Assembly (NCBI GenBank): GCA_004297735.1
Contig: SCTI01000001.1
Location: 115,467 to 179,466, forward strand
From: Patescibacteria group bacterium
Lineage (GTDB): Bacteria > Patescibacteriota > Saccharimonadia > UBA4664 > SCTI01
Reading direction: 5' to 3'
DNA: 64,000 nucleotides
Shown one piece after another: positions 1 through 7,910 of this stretch (within the stretch, counting starts at the first letter, position 1; each line of letters starts with the position of its first letter). The notes beneath the pieces were generated by a model. That model was given only the letters and a program-made list of their open reading frames with translations, did not search any database and was not told the origin of the DNA. Both the position numbers and the translations under genes were made by a program.

Positions 1-1
1 T

Positions 2-391
2 GTGAAGGTTTTTTACCTCAAAACCTGTAACGGCATGGGCGAAGTGGAGGTTCAACTGATCGCAATTGGCGCTGGCCGGTTTCGATACGTCTGGGACCCA
101 AGCGCCCAGGCGAATCGCTACGACGCCTGCCAGTTGCAGCAACTCTTTGACCGGGGCCGCCGCGCTGGCAGCCTAGACCCGGTTCAAGAAGACCGAGCGA
201 CACAGGGCTTCTACCGGTCTGGTCGTCGGCCAACACGCTGGATGATCGGGCAGCACGAGTTCACCGCGCAGGAGCTTACCAAGCTCCGCCTAAATCAGCC
301 CGGCTGGTTCGAGGTCCTGAGAGGCATCGGCAAGGATCTGCTCGCCGCGTTAATCGCGACGGTGAGTCCACGACGGCGGCACTGCAGCTGA
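2..391 (+). CDS. hypothetical orphan protein (may be 5'-truncated by window edge)
   Basis: 129-aa ORF followed by a terminator hairpin; no recognisable motif. Confidence 0.5.
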   Translation: MKVFYLKTCNGMGEVEVQLIAIGAGRFRYVWDPSAQANRYDACQLQQLFDRGRRAGSLDPVQEDRATQGFYRSGRRPTRWMIGQHEFTAQELTKLRLNQPGWFEVLRGIGKDLLAALIATVSPRRRHCS

Positions 392-402
392 CGTATCTAA
401 AA

Positions 403-436
403 CCCCGCTGCGACCAAGGTCGTGGCGGGGACTTTA
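403..436 (+). terminator. intrinsic terminator-like hairpin
   Basis: CCCCGCTGCGAC-CAAG-GTCGTGGCGGGG followed by ACTTT. Confidence 0.6.
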
Positions 437-523
437 GTTTATATAGCTCACAAATTGTCACGAATAGGTGGTTGGACGCAAATGGAGTGACAAGCTCCCT
501 AATACCTGGTACAATCAGCACTT

Positions 524-1804
524 ATGAAAGCCGAAATTACCAATCAAACCGACAACCAAGTTACCTTAAAGATCGCTGCCACTGCCGATCAAATTAAACA
601 CGCGCTGGAGCACACTTATGACCACTACCGCCCCAAGGTAAAAGCCTCGGGTTTCCGGGCCGGTAAGGCACCAGATAATATTGTTGCTCGCGAGATTGGT
701 GATGAGGCGATTCAGGCCGAAACACTTGAGCACACCATGAGCCATGCTTATTCTGACGCGCTGGCAGAATACGACGTGGCGCCAATCGACCAGCCTAAGA
801 TCAACCTAATTAAATGGGTACCCTATGAGACTCTAGAGTTCGAGGCAACGGTTGAGGTGATGCCATCGGTTGATCTGCCAGATTACAAAAAGATTAAAAA
901 GGCAGTTAAGCCGGTTAAGATTGAATCGGCCAAGGTTGATGAAATGATTGAGGATTTGCGCCGCCGCGTGGCTAAGCGCATTCCGGCGCTTAATGCAGCC
1001 GCCATGGGTGATGAGGTTAAGATCGATTTTGAGGGCAAAAAAGAGGGTAAGATTATTGAGGGAGCGGTCAGTAAGAATTACACCCTCAAGCTCGGCTCAA
1101 ACACCTTCATCCCCGGCTTCGAAGAAGAGCTAGTTGGCGTTAAGGTTGGTGAGGGGAAAAGCTTTGAGGTAACCTTCCCTAAGGATTATCACGAAAAAAG
1201 TCTAGCCGGTCAGCCGGTCACCTTTAAGGTTAACGTACATGAGGTGACGCGATTAAAATTGCCCGAAGTAAATGACGAGTTCGCCGGTGAGGTTGGACCG
1301 TTCAAGACGGTAGCCGAACTAAAAGCCGATATTAAGGATCAGTTAAAAGCTGAGGCAGAAGAGTCGGCCAAGCGCGAATACGAAAATGAGCTGCTCGATG
1401 AAATTGCTGGCAAGGTTAAGTTTAAGGTGCCAGAAAAAATGGCCACCCAGCAGCTAGAGCGAATGAAGTCTGAGATTAGTCAGCGTTTAATGTCGAGCGG
1501 CATGACTATGGAACAATACCTAGAGATGCAGGGCAAAACTCAGGACGAACTTGAAAAAGAGCTACGCCCGGATGCCGAAAAGCGAGTTATTTTGTCCCTA
1601 GTATTGCAGGAAGTGGCCAAGGCCGAAAAGCTGACCGCGACCGAAGACGAGATTGAGGCTGAGCTGGATGCACTACGAATGCGTTATACCGACCCCAAAA
1701 TGCAAGAGCAGCTAAACAGCCATGATGTCCGGAACGACATCTTTAATCATATTCTCACCACCAAGACCATCGCTAAGTTGGTCGAGTACGCCCAAAAGAA
1801 GTAG
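524..1804 (+). CDS. tig: trigger factor
   Basis: GFRAGKAP ribosome-binding motif, FKBP domain (FIPGFEEELVG, VTFPKDYH). Confidence 0.97.
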   Translation: MKAEITNQTDNQVTLKIAATADQIKHALEHTYDHYRPKVKASGFRAGKAPDNIVAREIGDEAIQAETLEHTMSHAYSDALAEYDVAPIDQPKINLIKWVPYETLEFEATVEVMPSVDLPDYKKIKKAVKPVKIESAKVDEMIEDLRRRVAKRIPALNAAAMGDEVKIDFEGKKEGKIIEGAVSKNYTLKLGSNTFIPGFEEELVGVKVGEGKSFEVTFPKDYHEKSLAGQPVTFKVNVHEVTRLKLPEVNDEFAGEVGPFKTVAELKADIKDQLKAEAEESAKREYENELLDEIAGKVKFKVPEKMATQQLERMKSEISQRLMSSGMTMEQYLEMQGKTQDELEKELRPDAEKRVILSLVLQEVAKAEKLTATEDEIEAELDALRMRYTDPKMQEQLNSHDVRNDIFNHILTTKTIAKLVEYAQKK

Positions 1805-1810
1805 CTAAAA

Positions 1811-1969
1811 CTACTTCTTAGAGCCTTTTTTCTCAGCTTGAGACTGTTGCAGTTCAGACATGCGCTGATTTATTAATTGAAGGTTTTGCTTCGAAATCTC
1901 TAAACGCTGCAACTCGTCGTAGGCAAGCGCTTTTAACTTATCTATATCAGAAATTTGACTGAGATCCAT
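1811..1969 (-). CDS. small coiled-coil protein, 52 aa (MDLSQISDIDKLKALAYDELQRLEISKQNLQLINQRMSELQQSQAEKKGSKK); not in ORF track
   Basis: Translated by hand; GAGGAG SD 4 nt before ATG; third gene of the fibre cluster. Confidence 0.7.
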   Translation of the reverse strand: MDLSQISDIDKLKALAYDELQRLEISKQNLQLINQRMSELQQSQAEKKGSKK

Positions 1970-2001
1970 AGTACTCCTCGAAGTAATCTGTTTAGTATGT
2001 C

Positions 2002-3870
2002 TTATAGTATATCAAACCAGGCGCCGTTGGCCGGAGCGGTAAATATCCAGCCAGTGTTGCCAGATACATTAGTGGAGTTGGCTCCGGCATACCAAGCTGC
2101 TCCTCCGGTGGCAGTTGAGTCTTGAATCGAAAGATAGTCGCAGCTTACCGTTCCACTTGATTTTGAGAGGGTAGCGGCTGAGCCCCCAGTAGAGCTGTTG
2201 ATTGTCATGAGCTTACCGGATGTTCCATTAACGTTAAACGCGCCCGTTATTGTGGTGGTAGTGCCACTAGTAAATTGAAGCGTCCTGGCGTTACTCGAGT
2301 CAGAGAAGTTGATGGTTCCAAAAGTGTTTGATCCGGTAATAATTAGGTTTCCAGTTGATCCGGCTAAAGTGTAGGTGAGAGTACCATATGTTTTATCTGC
2401 GCCGTTAAAAGTTCTGCTACTTGAGGTGGTCGTTGTGATGACAATAGTAGCACTACTTGAATTAACCACCGCGCCTGTACTAGTTACATTCCATACCGCA
2501 CTAGGAGATACCAGTGTCCCGGTTAGGGTCCAGGTGCCAGTTCCCATGTTAACGGTTGCTCCATTGTTAATCTGGTAGTTACCAATCGTGACATTATAGC
2601 TATTTGTTTCAAAGACCAAGCCAGATCCAACCGTTACTAAATTGTTCATCTGTAGCGCATCCTGCAAAGAGTATGTTGCGCCAGGTGCAGCTACCTGTCC
2701 AAACAAAGCCATGGACTTCCCGGCCGAGGTTATTGTATGTGAGCTCCGACCTGCAAGCGTAAAGGTAGTACCTCCATTTACTGTGCCGACATTTGTCAGG
2801 TTGAGGGAGCCATACATGAATGCTGTTGCAGTAACCGACCAGGTTGGGCTGCCGGAGCTTCCTGTCCAGTTTATGTCCTTACCGAGTCTTGGCATGTCTC
2901 CCGTAACTGTCTGACTCGCTGAGAATGCACTACTTATTACTACATTGTCTTGCGGTAGCGGCACACGGCTGGTCCATTTTGATACATCAGACCAGTTGCC
3001 TCCACTAGTGCCCTGCCAGGTTTGGGTAACCGAAGTGTCGAAAGTTATATTGCTGTTGCCTAGGCAGTTGCCTAGCGAAGTGCCAGTAAAAGGTATGGCT
3101 GCACCGCTTGCGTTAATGTCTCTAAAGTCAACATTGGTTAAGGATACCGATGCCGCGCTTACGGTGGCTGCAGAGCCTAGTGACAAAGATGTAGCGAGCA
3201 CCCTATTGGTAACACTATTGCCGGTAATAGTTAAAGTTCCAGTTACGATAGAGGATCCGCCGTTGAACTGGATGGTGTCTGTTTTCGCCGCCGTGCCAGT
3301 ACGGGTAAGGTTTTTGCACGTAAAGGTGTTTGCGACAATTGCCACACCAGAACCAGCCATAACAATAGATCCGCCATTAGTGTTAAAGCCAGAGCCACCA
3401 AACCAAGTCGAGGTAGCGCCATTTAGAGTAACGGTTGATGTGTTGGTGGTTACGGTAAGGTTGGTAAATGTACTTGTGTCCCAAGCAGTCCCAGTAGAGG
3501 TTAGCGTGATGGCGGAACTGCCCATTGTCAACGTACGAGCGCTGCTATTAGAAGATATTAGCTTGCCCCAGTTACAGGTTTGGCCATTTGCATTTAGGGT
3601 TCCAGTGGTAAGTGTGACTGCGCCCACCACGGTTGAACCAGCGTTGTGCAGTAAAGTTAGGTCAGACTTATTTATCGTAATGGTGTTGGCGTTGGCGGTT
3701 GCGCCAGTAATAGTTACGGTGGCGGCTGTGCCGGAGTTGCTGTCAAAGGTAACGTCGTCAGAAGATGTGGGTACTGACGCTCCACTCGAGCCCCCAGTGG
3801 TGGCGGACCAATGAGAGGTGTCCGACCCATCCCAGTTACCGCTACCTCCAACCCAAAAACGACTGGCCAT
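2002..3870 (-). CDS. Thr/Gly/Ser-rich beta-solenoid, phage-structural/adhesin-like protein
   Basis: RFWVGGSGNW...VPTSSDDVTFD module repeated internally (TWQGTSGGNWSDVSKW...VPLPQDNVVI); no signal peptide; abuts upstream fibre gene. Confidence 0.7.
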   Translation of the reverse strand: MASRFWVGGSGNWDGSDTSHWSATTGGSSGASVPTSSDDVTFDSNSGTAATVTITGATANANTITINKSDLTLLHNAGSTVVGAVTLTTGTLNANGQTCNWGKLISSNSSARTLTMGSSAITLTSTGTAWDTSTFTNLTVTTNTSTVTLNGATSTWFGGSGFNTNGGSIVMAGSGVAIVANTFTCKNLTRTGTAAKTDTIQFNGGSSIVTGTLTITGNSVTNRVLATSLSLGSAATVSAASVSLTNVDFRDINASGAAIPFTGTSLGNCLGNSNITFDTSVTQTWQGTSGGNWSDVSKWTSRVPLPQDNVVISSAFSASQTVTGDMPRLGKDINWTGSSGSPTWSVTATAFMYGSLNLTNVGTVNGGTTFTLAGRSSHTITSAGKSMALFGQVAAPGATYSLQDALQMNNLVTVGSGLVFETNSYNVTIGNYQINNGATVNMGTGTWTLTGTLVSPSAVWNVTSTGAVVNSSSATIVITTTTSSSRTFNGADKTYGTLTYTLAGSTGNLIITGSNTFGTINFSDSSNARTLQFTSGTTTTITGAFNVNGTSGKLMTINSSTGGSAATLSKSSGTVSCDYLSIQDSTATGGAAWYAGANSTNVSGNTGWIFTAPANGAWFDIL

Positions 3871-6837
3871 TTAAGCTTCCTGCGAGACCGCCAAGCAGTC
3901 CCATTTACTATCGGCGCTGTTATATATGAACCCTAGGTAGTGCGTCTTACTAATAACGGTAGTTGTTGGCAAAGAGGTCCCAACCGCTCGGTAAATCGCA
4001 TTCCAGGCCAGAGATCTGGCAGTCCCATTATCTTTAATGCGGATAATTAGCGACTGGCCATCGGTTGGTGTCCCGGTTGGCGCGCCGAAGGTGGCGCCAA
4101 CCGCCAGGGCGGTCAGAAGGTAGACATCGGTAGTGTCGGCATTTGGCGTGGGAGTGGAGCTTGAGGTGTTGCTGGATATTCGCTTAGTGATACGCTTGTT
4201 GGTCAGGGTTTGGGTGGCATCGATGTTGGCTACCGAGTTAGCCGCCGTACCGGCCGCAGCAACAATTAGGTTGTCATCGGTCTTGAGGGTGTCGGCAGCT
4301 GAGCGATAAAGGTTGGTGTCAGCTGATGCTCCTTGGCCAAACAATATGCCAGCTCCGGGTGTAGCAGAAGCGGTTGCGCCAATGTAGACTTGGTTTGCGG
4401 TTCCGTTATTGGCGCTTAAATAAGATGCTGATAAAAACTGATCATCGGTTTTTAGGGTGTCAGCGGCGCTTCTATATAAGTTGGTGTCGGTTCCAAATGT
4501 AATACCACTAGCTGCCGTACCAGCGGTGCTACTTAACTGTAGTGTATATGTCGAAGCACCCGCGATACGTACCCCAATATTAGATGAACTACCAGCTGTT
4601 TGAGCTGCGACATCTACGCCATATAGATTGACGGGTACTATTGATCCCAAGCTTGGGGCAGATATATACATCGCTACTGCATTGGTTAGAACCCCGGAGT
4701 CAGTACCAGTGTCAATGCGATTAAACCCTGCGTAGGCAGTACCAATAGTCACTCCTGTAGGGGGAGTGCTTTTAGCAATATTAATAAACCCATACACCAC
4801 CGTTGGGTCGGTAGATGGCTTAAATTCGGGCTGTACCGCTAGGCCACCAGGACCAGCGGCGCTACCTGAAAAAATTGGGCTAACCTGCTGGCCTCTTGCG
4901 TTTGCTGTTGAGGTCGTAGTGGTGCCGGTAACAAGCATAAGTGTACTTGGGTTGGATGTAGGCTCAACACGGAGCATGTCATCTGTCTTTAAGACATCGG
5001 CCGCTGAACGGTAAAGGTTAGTGTCGGTTGCGCTGGCTCCACCGGCTCCCCACTCGTGCTTGCCATCGCCAAAAATTCGAAAGGCGGCGTTTGTATCACC
5101 GTTGATTAAATAGTTTGCTATAAATGCGGTTACAGCTGTTTGTGAACCTTGGAGCGCAACCGTTGTAGCTGTATCGGCAAAAAAACCAACAGCTGCGCGT
5201 AACCTGTCGTCGGTTTTTAAACTATCTGCTGCCGAGCGATACAGGTTGGTATCGGCACCGAACAAAATACCACCGGCAGCGGTTGTGGCACTATCAAACG
5301 TAAGGGCCGAACTAATCGTGGCGCTTGATCCGATTCGGACCTTACCGGAGTTATCGATTCGCATACGCTCGGTTACGGTCGTTGTGCCAGCGGGGGTGGT
5401 GTAGAAAGCCAGGCGTCCTGGCATGTCGGCAGCGGCCGGAGTGCCGTCAACCTCCGCCCGGATTAAGGCCGCAAAGGTGTTTGAGTTTGAGCCGTTAGCT
5501 CCAATAAAACTGATCTGACCAAGGTTATCGCCTGACTGCACAATTGTCGTGGAGCCATTGGCTGTTCCGCGCGATTTTACAAAATATATACCGGGCGGGT
5601 TGGCGTCGGCCGAGTTTCTGGTGGCGGATATGGTGGATCCAGCCGCATCGGTACCTTCTAATTGAAGTTGAGGAATTAGGCCGTTGATTGTTCTGAGAGT
5701 TGTATTGTTGTTGCTAATTAAGGTTGCGCCACTAGGATTGACCGTGATCAGCGATGTACCAGAGTACTGTAAACGATAAGCGGTTGTGGCGGCAGAGGTG
5801 ACATTAAGGCGAATACCAGAGGTATTATTGGTTGAAGTAAACTCCAGGATTGGTGCCGCTGCCGTAAAACGCAGAGTCCCGGTATTGGTCCGGGCAAAGG
5901 TGGAGTCGCCACCAAAAGAAAGACCCCCGCTGGTGCTTGCGTTATCGGGGAACAGTATTTGGGTGCTAGCCCCTGACATATTGAGGCTGCCATTCATGGT
6001 GTCGCCGGTATCATCCACCTTGCCAGCAATTGCACTGGTATTTGCCTTTAGGTCGAGTGCGGCCTGGGTGGCAGTTGAGATTGGTTTACTTAAGTCGGAG
6101 GTATTGTCGACATTGCCCAGGCCTACCGCCGACTTATCTAGCGTTTGCCAGCTTTTGTCGCCCCGCCAGTATTGAAGAGTAGTACCAGCGGTGATAGTTG
6201 GCTCTTTGCCGGCTAAGTCGCTGGTTAGATTGGCGACTTTTGCCTGGGCGATATTGGCGCCAACCGCTACCTCGGTGTCGGTTATGGCTAGCGCAATCTT
6301 GTTTTGAGAGATATTGGCCGAGTTTGATATATCAATATCGAGGATGGTGCTTGGGGCGATTTTGCCGGTAGTAACGGCATCGTCAGCCAGCTTAACCTCG
6401 GTGACCGATCCGTCAATAGGGGTTCGCGCGTTGGTCAAGCGTGAGTCGTCGCCTTTAACAACCTGGGTGGCCGTTGCATCACCGCTAGCGGCAACGTCTT
6501 TAGTGGCGGCGGTTCCCAGGCCCGAGACGTCATTGGTATCGAGTGTGACTGCCCCGGTCTTACCGGCGACACTGGTTACCGGTGCGCCTGGCGGGGCAGA
6601 CCATATACCATCGCCGCGCAAGTAGGTACCAGAGTTGGCAGCGCCGCCGCCAAGTTGACCGGCAACAACTAGCCCCCCGCCATCCAACTCAGCCACACCA
6701 CCAGGTTGGCCTTTTTGGGCAGCAGGAATAGGCTGAATCTTAAGTGAGCCATCATCATTATGCTCAACTTTTAAGAAATCATTAAGTAACTCACCCCATT
6801 GACCATTATCTGATCCTGGAATAGGTAAACGAGTCAT
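3871..6837 (-). CDS. phage tail-fibre-like protein, 988 aa
   Basis: GLGNVDNTSDLSKPISTATQAALDLKA phage-tail repeat, VTSVAGKTGAVTL motif, ERMRIDNSG motif, four DTNLYRSAADxLKTDD repeats. Confidence 0.75.
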   Translation of the reverse strand: MTRLPIPGSDNGQWGELLNDFLKVEHNDDGSLKIQPIPAAQKGQPGGVAELDGGGLVVAGQLGGGAANSGTYLRGDGIWSAPPGAPVTSVAGKTGAVTLDTNDVSGLGTAATKDVAASGDATATQVVKGDDSRLTNARTPIDGSVTEVKLADDAVTTGKIAPSTILDIDISNSANISQNKIALAITDTEVAVGANIAQAKVANLTSDLAGKEPTITAGTTLQYWRGDKSWQTLDKSAVGLGNVDNTSDLSKPISTATQAALDLKANTSAIAGKVDDTGDTMNGSLNMSGASTQILFPDNASTSGGLSFGGDSTFARTNTGTLRFTAAAPILEFTSTNNTSGIRLNVTSAATTAYRLQYSGTSLITVNPSGATLISNNNTTLRTINGLIPQLQLEGTDAAGSTISATRNSADANPPGIYFVKSRGTANGSTTIVQSGDNLGQISFIGANGSNSNTFAALIRAEVDGTPAAADMPGRLAFYTTPAGTTTVTERMRIDNSGKVRIGSSATISSALTFDSATTAAGGILFGADTNLYRSAADSLKTDDRLRAAVGFFADTATTVALQGSQTAVTAFIANYLINGDTNAAFRIFGDGKHEWGAGGASATDTNLYRSAADVLKTDDMLRVEPTSNPSTLMLVTGTTTTSTANARGQQVSPIFSGSAAGPGGLAVQPEFKPSTDPTVVYGFINIAKSTPPTGVTIGTAYAGFNRIDTGTDSGVLTNAVAMYISAPSLGSIVPVNLYGVDVAAQTAGSSSNIGVRIAGASTYTLQLSSTAGTAASGITFGTDTNLYRSAADTLKTDDQFLSASYLSANNGTANQVYIGATASATPGAGILFGQGASADTNLYRSAADTLKTDDNLIVAAAGTAANSVANIDATQTLTNKRITKRISSNTSSSTPTPNADTTDVYLLTALAVGATFGAPTGTPTDGQSLIIRIKDNGTARSLAWNAIYRAVGTSLPTTTVISKTHYLGFIYNSADSKWDCLAVSQEA
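4273..5253 (-). repeat. four dispersed 16-aa repeats DTNLYRSAADxLKTDD within the fibre gene
   Basis: Copies at ~4273-4320, 4441-4488, 4978-5025, 5206-5253; DNA copies differ mainly at synonymous sites. Confidence 0.9.
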
Positions 6838-6956
6838 GTTTTAGTTCAAAACCCTACACACAAACATTTAGACATACTTCTTATGATTACATTATATTCT
6901 GACAGAGCAATTAAACCAAGTAATTTTGCTTATATATTAGAGTTAGTATAGCTAAA

Positions 6957-6983
6957 TTAGCAGTCTAGACAGGGGAGTGCTAA
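6957..6983 (+). promoter_or_regulatory. CIRCE element (HrcA operator) upstream of clpP
   Basis: TTAGCAGTC-N9-GAGTGCTAA, one mismatch to TTAGCACTC-N9-GAGTGCTAA. Confidence 0.85.
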
Positions 6984-7024
6984 AAAGCTATACTAAAAAC
7001 CAAGAGATTTGGCAGGAGTAACTC

Positions 7025-7630
7025 ATGAATCAGACCCCAAAAAATTCAATCTTAGTCCCAACCGTTTTAGAAAAAACTCATCAAGGTGAGCGCGCCTACG
7101 ATATTTACTCGCGCCTGCTTAAGGACCGAATTATTTTTGTTGGTACTGCTATTGATGATACGGTGGCGAATCTAATAATTGCACAGTTGCTTCATCTCGA
7201 GAATGAAGATCCTAAGGCTGATATCCAGATGTACATTAACTCGCCGGGTGGATCGGTTTATGCTGGCCTAGCTATGATTGATACGATGAACTACATTAAG
7301 CCAGAGGTTTCGACTATTTGTGTTGGGATGGCGTTTAGTATGGGGTCGCAGTTGCTGGCTGCGGGCGCAAAAGGCAAACGCTTTGCACTCCCAAATTCTA
7401 AGGTCATGATTCACCAGGGGTCGGCGGGATTCCAGGGGAGCCCATCGGATATCGAGATTACTGCTAAAGAGGTCCTGTCGCTTCGTGAGGTGTTGGATCG
7501 GCAGCTAGCTGAGGCTACCGGAAAGTCATATGAGCAGGTTCGTAAAGACTCTGATCGTGACTACTACATGACCGCAAAAGAGGCTAAAGAGTATGGCATT
7601 ATTGACGAGGTAATTAGCCGTAGCTCGTAA
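7025..7630 (+). CDS. clpP: ATP-dependent Clp protease proteolytic subunit
   Basis: [22 protein letters not shown], catalytic Ser (AFSMG), His (MIHQ), Asp (DRDYY). Confidence 0.98.
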   Translation: MNQTPKNSILVPTVLEKTHQGERAYDIYSRLLKDRIIFVGTAIDDTVANLIIAQLLHLENEDPKADIQMYINSPGGSVYAGLAMIDTMNYIKPEVSTICVGMAFSMGSQLLAAGAKGKRFALPNSKVMIHQGSAGFQGSPSDIEITAKEVLSLREVLDRQLAEATGKSYEQVRKDSDRDYYMTAKEAKEYGIIDEVISRSS

Positions 7631-7667
7631 GGTTCATGGCGGGATTGTAAAAACTGTATAAAAAGCG

Positions 7668-7696
7668 TTGACAATCCTGTCATAAATCGGCACAAT
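7668..7696 (+). promoter_or_regulatory. sigma70-type promoter of rpoBC
   Basis: TTGACA-N17-CACAAT. Confidence 0.65.
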
Positions 7697-7910
7697 AGAG
7701 TCTAAGAGGAAGCTTAAATCAAAGGTAGGGCGCACCTACTTGGTTTTTTGCGTGTAGGACTTCTGTACTTGCGAGCTGGTACAAGTGCAAAAGTTCTAGA
7801 AGCATCACACACGTACGCGTCACTGCCGATTTAGAAACACCTCTTGATTATTGCTAGGACGAATGTCCCCCTGGCGCCCCACATTACCAATAATCAAGAA
7901 GGAGGATGTC

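Noticed and set aside
2945..3814. 289-aa plus-strand ORF and similar antisense ORFs over the fibre genes, rpoBC, fusA and r-protein genes
   Set aside because: Shadow frames of well-supported genes on the opposite strand; no motifs or RBS
1811..6837. Prophage
   Set aside because: No integrase, capsid, terminase, lysis genes or att repeats in the window
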